A stretch of 63,055 nt of DNA, filler included, from Rhabdomonas costata (taxonomy: Eukaryota), in NCBI GenBank assembly GCA_019059605.1. It is 55 parts of 55 records of this genome, joined end to end, with 100 filler letters (N's around TTAATTAATTAA, not from the genome) between each part and the next. Parts side by side here need not be neighbours in the genome. Positions count along the whole stretch, not along the records: positions 36,752 to 37,799 come from JAHMHO010031436.1; positions 37,900 to 38,947 come from JAHMHO010031437.1; positions 39,048 to 40,096 come from JAHMHO010031438.1; positions 40,197 to 41,244 come from JAHMHO010031439.1; positions 41,345 to 42,392 come from JAHMHO010031440.1; positions 42,493 to 43,540 come from JAHMHO010031441.1; positions 43,641 to 44,686 come from JAHMHO010031442.1; positions 44,787 to 45,834 come from JAHMHO010031443.1; 47 more parts are not named here. One strand, written 5' to 3'. Position 1 is the stretch's first letter. Every line of letters begins with the position of its first letter. Positions 37,231 through 49,507 of this stretch are shown one piece after another. A model generated the notes under the pieces. It had not been told where the DNA came from, searched no databases, and saw nothing but the letters and a program-made list of their open reading frames with translations. The position numbers and the translations under genes were made by a program.

Positions 37231-39331
37231 TGTCGAGGAACCGCCACCACCAATCGGAGAAGTGGAAATCGACGATGCTGACCCCTCGGAACCCTCGGAC
37301 CCGGGTCAGCTGCCCGTTGTGGATCCCTCACTACCACCGGACCGGCAACACTCACCCACGCCGTTCCCCACCGAACATGACTTCTCAGCTAAGTCAGATC
37401 AAGCTGAGCTACAACTTCTACCGCGAGCCCGGTGGGGGAGCCTTCCGTGCAGCGCTTCCACGCACGACCAGACCCACTCCCTAAGCAGCAATCGCAGCCA
37501 CCTTCAGGCAGCCTGTGCGCGTGGTGGAGCAAGCGAGAATTTGCAGTCACCTTGTCACCCTCACAGCGTTCTGCAGATTTATGTCAGCCGGAATCACGGG
37601 CTTCTTTACCAGAAATTCCTACCCGAACGTCAGTTGAGGAAGTTACGACACGCAACGACCAAAGAGCCGCTATCCAGCCCCCTCTCGCCCCTCGTAGCTT
37701 TCCAACAGGACATTCTCCTCTAAGGTCTTGCCTGAAGAAAGGGACGCCCCGCTCGAGCCCGACGGCAAGCGCCGTTATAGACCCTATGACCCCACCAACN
37801 NNNNNNNNNNNNNNNNNNNNNNNNNNNNNNNNNNNNNNNNNNNTTAATTAATTAANNNNNNNNNNNNNNNNNNNNNNNNNNNNNNNNNNNNNNNNNNNNG
37901 GTTGGGTTTCCAGCAATAGCTGGATGTACGCTTCCGCGGAACCCCCTGCCCAGGGGTCCACCCGGTGGATGTGCTGATCCGCTCTGGCCAGGTTCCCGTC
38001 ACAGCGCGCAGAGGGGACCTCCCCCAGGCCGTCGCCGTCCCCGGGATCGTAGCTGACACAGCCTACGGGGTCGAAGACGCCAAGAAGAGGCCACTTGGAC
38101 GCGCTGGAGGCCTCCGCAGAGGCCGCCTCACGGTGCAGCCAGCCGTGGTGGAAAAGGTTGGCCCGTGGGAGGGGTGCGAAAAACTGGTGAGGTGAGGCAT
38201 GCCCCACGAGGGACGCGATGGAGGTTGAAAACAACAGCCAACAGAGACATCCTTGCAGCAGAATTCCCATTACCAACGCTTACCTACAAAATTTCCCCGA
38301 GGAGGGACGGTTCACAAATTGCATTTGTATTTTTGAATGTTGAGTAACCTGAATGCGAAAATAGCACCCCCCGCATGAGGCGAACTCTTGAGTAATGCGA
38401 CGAGGACGACACGGAGATTGAGGGCGTTATAATGAAGCAGCAGCACTGAATGCCCAGCATCTTCCAAAATCAGATTTTAAAGTTGGGTGATCAGCATAGA
38501 TTAGAAACCACCCTCCAGTTCCGTGAGCTCGGAGGCAAGCCCCACCACCACCTTGCTGAACAGACTGGAGTCGACACCAAAATATGGCAGTCCCAGGCCA
38601 TACGGTCCCAGTCCACCTTACCATCGCTCAGGGGCTCATCACCGAGTCCAATTTCTGAGGTGACACCTCGCTCGAGTGCAAGTGCGGCCCTTGTGGCGCT
38701 GACTATGCGTGCACGAAGAGCAGGGCAGACACAGGGCGCGCCGGAGAGGCACCGAAGATGCAGCAGAGAGCGAGCCGAGCGAAAGCTGTCCCCGCCACTG
38801 TACAGCACAAGGTGCAGGCCAGCGTGCTCATCGCAGAGGGAGGGCACCTTCTCCACGGGGGAAACCCAAAGATAGGACATCGGAGCTGCGCGGTCGTGAA
38901 GTGTGGCGGTAGTGGTGCTAAACGTTTAGCACCACTACCACCACACCNNNNNNNNNNNNNNNNNNNNNNNNNNNNNNNNNNNNNNNNNNNNTTAATTAAT
39001 TAANNNNNNNNNNNNNNNNNNNNNNNNNNNNNNNNNNNNNNNNNNNNGGGGTGGTGGTCAACAATTAAAGCACCTACGAATCCTCCAAAACTTCAAACCT
39101 CTAAATGTCCCTTTTTGTAAAGATCTCGGTTTTTCAGTTTTCAGTTTTCAGGAGGCTCGGCCTTTGTGGTTTTGTGGTTTTGGCGCAATAAGAAACGCTA
39201 CTACTTTGTTGAACCCACCTCTGTCTTCAGGTTCTTTTTTGAGATGCTTACGCTTTATGATCTTTTCAGTGACATGTGTTCAGCTACTTTCAGTGACATG
39301 TGTTTATTGGCTTCTTTGACGTTACCTTTGG

Positions 39332-39407
39332 GGGTTAGGGTTAGGGTTAGGGATAGGATAGGGTTAGGGTTAGGGTTAGGGATACGGTTAGGGTTAGGGT
39401 TAGGGTT
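39332..39407 (+). repeat. Interstitial telomere-like (TTAGGG)n with variant units
   Basis: About 12 units, mostly ttaggg with atagg, ataggg and atacgg variants, flanked by unique DNA. Confidence 0.9.
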
Positions 39408-40198
39408 CCTGGCCGTGGGTACAATTCTAAACTAATGCCATATGTTCCTGTTGCGAAAAAAAAAGGGGGGGGGTTGAATGGAAATATTGCAGTGTATTGC
39501 AGTTCTGCAGAAGTTATGGTGGGTTATACACCGGCGTGTTATTATTGGGCGGGGTCAGGTGACGATGCCCGCACCCCCAGATTGCTACTTTGTAGGGTTA
39601 GGTGGTGATGGATGAGGTCTCCATCCATAGGGTTTTTTTTTTTGGAGAGGTTCGGAGGCAATGTACGTGTTTAATAGGGCGGAGTTAGGGGGCGATGCCA
39701 GTGTCCTCACGTCTTTTCCTGCGCTCCGAGGTCCAAGCTTCAACGTATTTACACAAGAGAAAGTGAGAGCGGGGAAGGCACATTGCCGTAGCTCTGATCA
39801 ACGCGCGCGCGCGCGGGGGTGCACGTAGCCGTTGAATTGCCTTGTGTTGTTTTGTATTTTCCAAAGGCACACGCACCTATCTCTGGGATTCATGCTTTCC
39901 CTTTCCCTTTCCCTTCCTCTTCAGAAGTTTTTGGACGTTATCTTGATCCATTCAGTGTCGGGCTTGTTAGTTTTCTCGCCTTACCCTTTTTTACTTCTTT
40001 AGGCTGTCCTCCACCATTGCAGCGACGCCAGTCATCCCTCCCACTCCCGTGCATCTTCCCACCACCACAGCAACCGTTGCCACCTCTCTGCCACCCNNNN
40101 NNNNNNNNNNNNNNNNNNNNNNNNNNNNNNNNNNNNNNNNTTAATTAATTAANNNNNNNNNNNNNNNNNNNNNNNNNNNNNNNNNNNNNNNNNNNNCA

Positions 40199-41244
40199 GC
40201 TGCGGCCTCAGCGGAACCAACGGCCGATGCCAGGCCAGAGCTTGAGTCTTCCCTAGCAACCATTTCCTCCACAGGTGAGGCTTGCGCTCCAGTTTCTTCT
40301 GCCATCAGCGCAGCTTCAACCCCGGCCTCAACCTCCGCTCGAATCTCCCGGCAGGATTCCGCGTTGGCCCCGTCAATGTCTACCCCAAGGGCTGCAGATG
40401 CCTTTGATGACGCTGCCCAGTCCAAAGCATCCAGTATCCCTCAGTCCACAACCCCAACTTCAGCTCAAGTATCAGCTACAGCACGAAGCTCCAAAACAGG
40501 TTCTCGAGTCACACCTGTGTCTGCTTTGCCCACTCCTCAGTGTCCAAACCCACCTCGTAACACCGAAGCTCCGCTCCCGTCAGCCAGCGACGTCTCCCAG
40601 GGACCAATTCAATCTCTCCCCACGCCAGCCTCGCTTCCTTCAGCCTCCTCTCAAGTGTCAAGCCCTACTCCGGCCTCTCCGGCCTCGCTTCCCTCAGCCC
40701 AGGTCCCGGCTGCCGTCCCTCAAGACGCGGTCGCAGACACAGGTTCAACTCCGGAGGAAGCAGGAGAAATTCCAGGTCATGGGAAACCATCAGTTCCTCC
40801 CAGACTGTCCTCTGAGCAGCAGCAGCAGCAGCAGCAGGACCAGCAGCGTGTTACCCCAAAAGATGAGCTTGCCCAGCCCGAGCTCTGCCTTCCTGCGGAT
40901 GTGCTCGAGGGCTCTTGGCGAGTTCTGGATAGCACTCCTGCAGCGCGCTCCCTTCAGGGGAGTCACACCGCGACTCCCACCTCACAGGAGCGGGCGGGTC
41001 CTCTCGCATCCTCTATGTCGTCTTCGCCGGGATTACCTGCCCGTCCCGAGAGCCGGCTTGCGCAGTCTCAGGGTTCCACAACCTCCTCCCTACCCAGCCC
41101 CTCGCTCCACCCTGCTGTTGCTTCTGCTTCTTCCTCTGCTGCAGAGGAGAAACCAATGCTTCTTGGGGAAGCCTTGCCTCCTCGCGATGGCCCTGAGGGG
41201 AACGCTGTTCGGGATGCGAGGAGCAGCGAAAAAAAAGAAACGGA
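40199..41244 (+). CDS. Ser/Pro/Ala-rich disordered coding region with a short polyQ (CAG)n tract
   Basis: Frame open across the contig; SSEQQQQQQQDQQR at about 40810-40850. Confidence 0.7.
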
Positions 41245-41453
41245 NNNNNNNNNNNNNNNNNNNNNNNNNNNNNNNNNNNNNNNNNNNNTTAATTAATTAA
41301 NNNNNNNNNNNNNNNNNNNNNNNNNNNNNNNNNNNNNNNNNNNNGGTGTGTGGTGCAGAATGAGTCACCTTGCTGTGTGGGGGTGAAGGGAACTGCCTTC
41401 GTTTTTCACCATATTGATGGGCTTCTTGATGCTACCTTGGCCACTATGCACAG

Positions 41454-42162
41454 CCCCAAGGGCCAGTCGGTGACCGCCCTTTACGAGAGCCTCGCCACGT
41501 TCCGCATGAACGTCAACTTCCTGACAGGCGCCTCGGAGCCCATCTACTACGGCGCCACCACCGGCCTGAGCTCAGACCTCAGCACTCACCTGCTCCGTGT
41601 CAGCGTCCTTAACCCCGAGCTGGGCACGCCGTTCTTCTTCTTCAACTCCTCATCCCCTGCCGCCCGCCTCTCCTTCAAAATCAGTGCCACCCCGACCTGC
41701 TACTGGTCCAACAGTATCTCCTTTATGATCCTCACTGGGGTCCCGCTCACCACGGTAACCTGCAGCGTCAGTGCTCCTGGGGGCAGGGTGGGGTGGGCCG
41801 TGGACCTCAGCGTCAGTACCTACTCCCTCAGCAGCTTTCTGAAGACCCTGCTCCCCAACTCCGAGGATCGCTTGTTTCTCATCATTAACACCGCGGAGGG
41901 GACCCTTGTGGGGGCCTCCCATGGGAAGTTTTTCTCCCACAGCAACCTGGACCTGCCGAACGTCAACCCCTTGATTAACCCTCCCCCTTTGGAGGACTTT
42001 CGGCTGTACACGGCCCTGAACAGCACGGACTCCACCATCGCTGAGGCGGGGCAGTGGGCTCTGTCCACGTACCAGGGCTGGGACAGAATCCCTGAAGTGA
42101 CACTGTCCCTTCAGTTGCAGGGCGAGTCCTACTGGCTGGAGACCACCAACGTCGCTTCCCAG
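41454..42162 (+). CDS. Cache-like extracellular sensor domain exon (receptor cyclase/kinase type)
   Basis: Long cag|...|gtacgg exon; WAVDLSVSTYSLSSFLKTLLPNSEDRLFLIINTAEGTLVGASHG resembles dCache gvD..L..lS.FL.......fi....G.LvAsS. Confidence 0.55.
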
Positions 42163-42499
42163 GTACGGCGGGCTTCTTTCTTTCTTTCTTTTCTTCTCGT
42201 TCGAGAAACGAGGATCGAAGAGGGCTTCGGTGTTGTGACGCGGAAACGCACCTGGGGTGTGTGGCCGTGTGATCCACTCCAGGGGTTGACGTGATTTGAC
42301 AAGCTATGTGCTCGCCAGTGTCAAAAAATGAATATGATATTTTTTTAATATCTTTATAGCTTTATATCTTGGGTAAAACTGGAACCCAAACANNNNNNNN
42401 NNNNNNNNNNNNNNNNNNNNNNNNNNNNNNNNNNNNTTAATTAATTAANNNNNNNNNNNNNNNNNNNNNNNNNNNNNNNNNNNNNNNNNNNNGGGTGTT

Positions 42500-42829
42500 G
42501 TGGTTGTTCTACTGGACAGCCTCTTCACTCTCGTCCCCGTGGGCCACAGCCCGGAGTGTTACCGTCTCCACGAGGCCCTGGAGGCCGGCTCGATCCCCGT
42601 GGTGGTGGATAACCCCTCCGCCCGCAAGGAGCGGTGCGGGGACCCCTGGGCGGAACTCCGGGAGAGTGGGGTGGTGCTTTTTTTGAGCCGCTGGGAGGCC
42701 CTCCCCGAGCTCCTGGAAGGGGCACTGCGCAACCCCCAGAGGTATTATGAGCAGCAGAGGGCTGTAGTGCAGCACTACCCCCGGGTGAAGGACGCAATGT
42801 ACACCGCAATGCTGAATCATCTGCTTTGA
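42500..42829 (+). CDS. Exostosin/GT47-like glycosyltransferase C-terminus (RXYLT1/TMEM5-like)
   Basis: DSLFTLVPVGHSPECYRLHEALEAGSIPVV...WEALPELL, cf. SxxTLCPVGxxxECYRIYEAxxxGSIPVV. Confidence 0.85.
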   Translation: MVVLLDSLFTLVPVGHSPECYRLHEALEAGSIPVVVDNPSARKERCGDPWAELRESGVVLFLSRWEALPELLEGALRNPQRYYEQQRAVVQHYPRVKDAMYTAMLNHLL

Positions 42830-45249
42830 CGCAGCGCAAGTTTGAAAGCTTGAAACGAGGTGGCGGCAAGTGGTGGGGAGTGAGACTGTGTCAGGAAAGC
42901 CCTGAGAGCGAGCTCGGCTGTGCCGCTTGGACTGCCAAGTAATAGGTCTCGAGACAATGTCGTCCAATTTGGCCTGTTTTGGCCTTGGCTGCCGAGTCTC
43001 TGCTCAAATTTGCACCGTTTTGGGCACTGCAAGCTGCTTCGTTTACTGAGCGTACTCCAACTCGCACTCTCGCCATCGGTCTGAAATCCGAAATCGTGAG
43101 GGTTGATCTCCATTGCTTGCTTGTTGCAGAAACGTTGCCTTGGAAATATGGGACCGTGGCAACATGTATATGACCCCTTGACCCTTTTTGTCTCCGTTCA
43201 GGAGCTCTTGGTATAGCCGCAGGGCCCTTCCTACGGCTGATTTTACTGTCTACGGTTTTTCAGTGTGGGTGTGGGTGCTGGTGTGGGTGTGGTGTGGTCC
43301 TAAGCCTCTCTTGGGATGTCCACGGACGCTCAGATCCCAAAGACATTGGGCCTGCCAACCTTGGTCGGCTTTGTGACCTTTTTCGCGCCTGTGGTATACA
43401 ATCTTTCCCGAAGCCTATGGCGGCATGAGCACCGCCACCTCAAGCCCTTCTCGGCCGCCGCTTCTCCTCGCCGGCTGTTCTATCGCTCGGACTCCCTCAA
43501 CCCCAGTTCAGACCCGAAGCTGGACCTAGAGGCCGGGGAGNNNNNNNNNNNNNNNNNNNNNNNNNNNNNNNNNNNNNNNNNNNNTTAATTAATTAANNNN
43601 NNNNNNNNNNNNNNNNNNNNNNNNNNNNNNNNNNNNNNNNGGTTTTTCTTGAATTGGGGGCTTTCGCCCCATATTTGCTCTGCTCTGCTCCCCTGAGGCT
43701 TACTCATCTCTTGGGTGGGGTGTTTGCCGAGCTAGGTTTATGTGCGAGAGGGCTTTGCCGAAGCAAGCCTGGGTCAGCAAAACAACACTGAGCAACAATG
43801 TCGAGGGGATTGTTCCTACGCTTCCAAAAGGCCGAACCCGATGTGAACGGGTGTTGCATGCAGCAGAGAAAGAAAGATGCAATAAAATACAGAGGAACAT
43901 TTCAACAGAAATAATAGATTACGAACTGGTGCAGTTTTTCGGGAAATAAGCATCCACTGAGCATTCGCGATTAACAAAAGCGACAACTCGAAGGAGAGGC
44001 AAACGCTGTTTTATAACCCCCCCCCCCCCACACACACACTTTTTTTTTTTGGAGAATCGGATATACCCATAGCAGTGCGGTTGAAATCACCACTCGAAGT
44101 TTTTACGACTCTAATTCCGCAACACTGACCGTCATGCAATGGAAAGGGGTGATTACTTTTTGAAGGCAGGATACCTAATTCGCAGCAAAAAGGAGAAGCA
44201 GCGGCAAAAATCAGCTAAAGCACACAACGTTGAGCGCATTAAAAAGCTTTGAAAAGACGTAAGACCATTCAAAACCGTAGAGACCGTCTTCGACTGGTCC
44301 TTCCCTTCTCACCACCCTCTGCGTCCCCTTGACAAAATTTGGGAAGCTTTTGTTTTCGAGGTGTAAACGGAAATAACACAACGGCCAAGAACCACGCGGG
44401 TCCACGGGAAGCAGTTCTGCAGAGGGGCGCACGATAAAGAGGTTGGGTGGGCGGGCACGTGCTACACAAACAAAGAAAAAAAGCGACCCGGAGGGAGACT
44501 CCATCCCAATACTGGGTTCACCATTTTGTGAAAAAAAAACATTCCTCCGTAGTTTGCAGATGTGACACTTCTTTGCGTAACGGACGCACGCTTTGAAAAT
44601 CAAACAGTGATGAGGTGAAGGCGCTGCGCTCCTCTGAGGCGCTTCTCAAAGCAAAGATGGATATGCTGCAGGCACACACACACAAANNNNNNNNNNNNNN
44701 NNNNNNNNNNNNNNNNNNNNNNNNNNNNNNTTAATTAATTAANNNNNNNNNNNNNNNNNNNNNNNNNNNNNNNNNNNNNNNNNNNNTGTTTGAGCGGGCA
44801 CCCTGCGGCACCTGACAGTGCTATAGGACCCCCAATTGTTGAGAGATGACGGATATGACTGGTTGAACGCAATTCACGACGTCCTTTCACAGGCTAAACT
44901 GTTCTGTAGCCTGTAAACTCTGTTTCGAACGGGTGTAGCCTGCTATGGTTCTGAAACTGGCATATCCCTTTGGACAGCTGGCTGACATTCCGCAAGTGAA
45001 GGCCGGTCTCGCATCAAACTCTGGATTGTGAGCTGGTGACGTCCGAGTTTGCCCGTAGCCTGGCTCCATCTCTCGATTTTGCTAATTTTTTGTCAAACGA
45101 GGTTGTGGAAACCCTGCTTCAGGGAACCAGGAATTTTTCCTGCGTCCGTCCCGTTGCTGTTCGCCTCACCTTGGGGTAGAGGATAGGATCTTTTCTTGCC
45201 GTGCTGAATGCTGGGCGGGCAAGGTGTTGATTCCGCTTCCCTTTCAAAG

Positions 45250-45563
45250 GTGAAGGTGTGGCCTGTGGAGGAGCTACGGAAGCTGTCCAAAGATGAGCTT
45301 GTTGGCTTGTACCAGTCGGCAATGTTGCAGCGGAACTCGATGAAGACGATGGCTGTGCTGCACAACCCTCGCCGGAATGTATTTAAGTGGAGGGGCGCTC
45401 TGGACCCCAAGACTCTCGAACCGCACCAAAACAAAGGCATTGCCCATTTCAGGCTCCTTTGACCCATTGTTTTTCTATTCTTTCTTTCAAATTTGGTCAC
45501 CATTTTTTTCCTCGCAGTGGTGTACGACGTCACGACTGATGACAAGGAAGCTGAAGCTTTTGG
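45250..45563 (+). CDS. Possible mitochondrial ribosomal protein uL29m (MRPL47)-like fragment
   Basis: VKVWPVEELRKLSKDELVGLYQSAMLQRNSMKTM, cf. WxxxELRxKSxxDLHxLWYxxLKERNxLxT; candidate exons 45250-45436 and 45518-~45563. Confidence 0.45.
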
Positions 45564-45945
45564 TACTTTAGTATGCTGCTTTTAAATACTGAAAATCTTT
45601 GATCGTTCATCAAGCCCAGCTCAGCGATATCAGAGGACTCGGATCTTTTGGTCAGGAACTGAGAATGTTGTGCAAATTTTGGCAAACAGCAGCAGCAGGA
45701 CCAGCCACACACCGGAAGATGGAGCCTTTTGCAGTTTGGGATTGTGGGCGGATAGTATGAGGTATGGCAGTTGGGAACGAGCGAAGCACAGGAGAGGTGC
45801 GAGTCAGCGAGAGGGAAACGGGTCGTAAACAACANNNNNNNNNNNNNNNNNNNNNNNNNNNNNNNNNNNNNNNNNNNNTTAATTAATTAANNNNNNNNNN
45901 NNNNNNNNNNNNNNNNNNNNNNNNNNNNNNNNNNCCTATTCATCG

Positions 45946-45979
45946 GTGTGTGTGTTTGTGTGTGTGTGTGTGTGTGTGT
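45946..45979. repeat. (GT)n microsatellite
   Basis: gtgtgtgtgtttgtgtgtgtgtgtgtgtgtgtgt. Confidence 0.9.
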
Positions 45980-47487
45980 ACCCTAAGTCTTCCGTCGAAA
46001 CCTCTTTTTTCCGACATGAAGAGTATAATAAGTGGGAATGGTGACTAGCGGACAAAGAAGGGAGTGAGGCCGGATGGGGCACATGCCCCATCGAGGCTGA
46101 GGTGCCCAGGTGTGGATGGGTGTGGAAGACCGCCGCTTGGAATAAGAACCGAAGCGTGGTGAAGCGGGGTTGTTCGTCATGGTGCAGTTGTTCACCTGCT
46201 TGTATGAAATACGACCAATTCTCATACTGAATACTCCCATAGACCGATTGTGTGTGACGGCCGGGGCATCTCTGTTGACCAGGATGTGGGATGTGCCCTA
46301 CTTCAAGCCTTCCTTCCTTCCCGCAATTCCCTCCAGTGTCTTGGGTTGTCATTAAAGAGAGCAGGCTGGGCCTGTATGAGTGAGTGGACTCTGTGGGCAT
46401 ACGAAATTCGTGACCACTCCATTCCACCTTGTGACCACGCGAGCCACTGGTGGTTGTCCGCGTATAGGGTGGGAATGGGAGCTGATGCATCTGCCGGAGA
46501 AAAAAGGTTGAAAGGGAGAATTGGGTTGTGCCTCGCTTTCCCACCCCTCTTCAAGCACATTTTATGCCGTTTCTTCTGTTCTTGCTTCTGAGTTCAAGCG
46601 GTTTGGATTCGTAGGATTAACCAGATCATCACACTGCACCATCATTCGTCAGCATGCGTCCAGTGTCAGACACAAAAAAGGGGATCAAGACAAGGGAAGG
46701 GAAGAAACGGAAGGTGGAGAATTTGGGCAGCGGGTTCTAGCGGGCGGAGTGAACAGAGGGCACGCAGAAAGGGCATCACGGACGTAAATCAAGTGGGCAA
46801 AACAAACGAAGCACAGGACAGCTGGGAGTCCGCGGGAATAAACTGCCCACCTGCAACATGTGTCAAAACCTCTGTGATCGCCTGTAATATTCGCAAATTC
46901 TGTGACTTTTTTCACTCTCTTCATCAATTTATCACCAACAGCGTCCCTCCGTGGATGAAAATTAGTTTCATGCCCACCCCCCCNNNNNNNNNNNNNNNNN
47001 NNNNNNNNNNNNNNNNNNNNNNNNNNNTTAATTAATTAANNNNNNNNNNNNNNNNNNNNNNNNNNNNNNNNNNNNNNNNNNNNGTGGGGGTGGGTCAAGG
47101 TCCACGTAAATCCCTATCCCCACTAAACCCACCATACAGCTTGTAGTTTCGTGGTTTTAACCAATCCCACGCCCCGGGGTTAAAGTCCCATCATCTACGG
47201 CGCTGGCAATCCAATCACGTGCTCTCCAGTTCACAATCCATTCATCGCCTTACTCATGATTCTTTCTTGAGTCAAGCTCTCTTCTAGGATCTGCCACTTT
47301 TTGTGAGTTTTTTCAAATCTGGATCACGGTTTTAGGGTGCTAATCCTATTTTCGGATTTTGGCGTGTTCACCCTTCATTCTAGCAATCGCTGGCCCTTGT
47401 GGAGGACCCCTGAGGCGGGACTGATTCCGCGCTCTAAGGTGAGTGTGAGCGTGTGCATGTGTGCGATCGGGGGCATGTGAGGGATAC

Positions 47488-48000
47488 AATTGCACATCGT
47501 GGGCCAGCTGAGTCTCCAGCCGCACCACCCAGTCCTTGACCTTCTTCATAGGCTGAGGCACAGACATGGTCTCCACCACGAGGATGCCACCCATGGCATA
47601 GTACTCAACCCCGACATCCTCCTGAGGGATATCGCATTCGGAAAACCCGACCAAAAAAACCGCGCCGCTGCATTTCTTTGAGAAGGGAAGCTAACAGCGA
47701 TTTCCGGAATCGACGGGAACCTACTGAGGCAAAAGGTGGAGGTGCTGAGCTGATGGTGAGGAGGACGCACCAGTGTTGAGAAAGAGATGTCGGTTGCGTC
47801 ATCTGCTCTAAGAGCGTTTGGGAAAAACTTCAGAGGTCAACCACGCTCCCAGCCCATTCGGCAGGCAAAAGGCAACCTTCTCGAAAACGGATGTGGGGTC
47901 GAAGGAGAACTGCAGCACGCGCATCGCCACGTTGTTCATGAGGTTAAGCTGCTTGGGAAGATGCGCCCCATCCTTGGGCGAGATGATGATGTTCAAGGAC
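47488..48000 (-). CDS. DNAI7: CASC1/DNAI7 (IC97)-like axonemal dynein intermediate chain, two exons
   Basis: 48000-47877 ...NNVAMRVLQFSFDPTSVFEK and 47621-47488 EDVGVEYYAMGGILVVETMSVPQPMKKVKDWVVRLETQLAHDVQ, cf. VAvRil..yD...GGvy.ldil.lPpq.K.VKgW. Confidence 0.65.
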
Positions 48001-49384
48001 CTGTGGCACCCCCCCCCCCTTCCCCGAAATTCGACCAGATATTATTGTTCAAGAAGACGTTAACCAACACAAAGTAACATACGGGAAGTCAACACTGCGG
48101 ATACGGGCGACTCTGTTGCCGCACCACAAACNNNNNNNNNNNNNNNNNNNNNNNNNNNNNNNNNNNNNNNNNNNNTTAATTAATTAANNNNNNNNNNNNN
48201 NNNNNNNNNNNNNNNNNNNNNNNNNNNNNNNTGTTTGTTGTCGCTATTGCCGCCGGATGTGTTATTGCGATCCAACTTGGGTTTGCAGCATGTCCCCTCC
48301 TCGCCAAGTTTTGTGTGATATGACTTTCCAGGCTCCAGCGGCGGTTGTGGACGTCGTTGTGGCTCGCAGGCAGTCCGTCCGCTTCGGTATGAAAGGGTTT
48401 TCGCTCCCTCCCCACCTTCACTGCTTTCAGGTGTAGAAATCAAATATGACACAGGGGAGGGGTTCTCCTGATGGTTTTTGTTTGATAAGTGTGAAAAGTT
48501 TGGAAATTTGGGGCTGCAGTGGAGTCTTTTGAGAAGGACTGGGCGGATAAGGTTGACATTGTTCTTTAAAACGCGGAACTGCTGGTTCCTTCACACTAAA
48601 GAGTAAGAGAACAGTGCGAGAGTTCTTGTTAGTGTGCCGATCGAGAACCGATACGCGACCTTCACATGCAGCATCCATTTTCATGGAAACGTCCAGGTTG
48701 CAACATGCGGAGAACGCCAAAGTCTGCGAGACAAGGGGTCAAGGGCCTTTGTTTTCACGTATTTTAAGATTATGCACCCAGCAAACTCTACACAACTGAA
48801 GCGGGCCCAACCACAGCCCAGATCAGTCCAGAAAAGCAGTGTCCTGCAGAACGACAAACAACCCCCCCCCCTCGCAAGTTCCAACCAGGGCTCAAAAATA
48901 GATTAGATAATCACCGAAAGGATTGACAGGGACAGCAGATGAGAGGCGAAGAATTTTTATGTCAGAAGTGATGGGCGACTTGTCTGTGGCCCCCTTCCTG
49001 CAGGTACCCTGTGCACCACCCCTCTGCCCGCTGACGCAGCCTCCTTTGAAGCTCTGAACGCCTTGTTCGGGGAGGCTCAGACCCAAATCGAACAGGTCTT
49101 TATTTGTGGATGTGTGGGCGGCTAACTGGGCCTCAGTTTTCATGAAGTGGTGTAACAGTTGCTGTTGGTACTCATTCGATAACAACCGTCACCAAATCCT
49201 GGAAATCGTTAACACTGCTGCCGTTGCTTTATCTAGCAGGTCCTATTCCTCATACGTTTTGGCGTACGCCACACAAAACNNNNNNNNNNNNNNNNNNNNN
49301 NNNNNNNNNNNNNNNNNNNNNNNTTAATTAATTAANNNNNNNNNNNNNNNNNNNNNNNNNNNNNNNNNNNNNNNNNNNNTGTGG

Positions 49385-49507
49385 TGTGTACAGAATTGCA
49401 CTAAGTGTTTGTTTATATGGGGCACACGTAGTGTGGGCGGGGGGGGGTGCCCTCCCTCCCACACCACGTGTGCCCCATATAAACAAACACTTAGTGCAAT
49501 TCTGTAC
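49385..49507. repeat. Contig-terminal fold-back inverted repeat (~50-bp arms)
   Basis: gtacagaattgcactaagtgtttgtttatatggggcacacgt is mirrored by acgtgtgccccatataaacaaacacttagtgcaattctgtac. Confidence 0.95.

Noticed and set aside
36755..37723. 322-aa ORF as an intact gene
   Set aside because: Only the GPF segment is integrase-like; the upstream homology is in another frame, so it is a frameshifted TE relic.
37900..38880. Candidate minus-strand exons (also 1650-1778, 8340-8428, 20495-20560, 46405-46490 and 49890-50330)
   Set aside because: They look exon-like, but frame or strand is ambiguous and I recognised no family, so they are not annotated.
40275..41300. 341-aa Pro/Leu/Arg/Gln-rich ORF
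   Set aside because: Alternative frame overlapping the more plausible Ser/Pro/Ala frame, which is open across the whole contig.
24226..42162. Receiver, Cache and LamG exons as a signalling gene cluster
   Set aside because: They sit on separate contigs ordered only by length, so there is no linkage.
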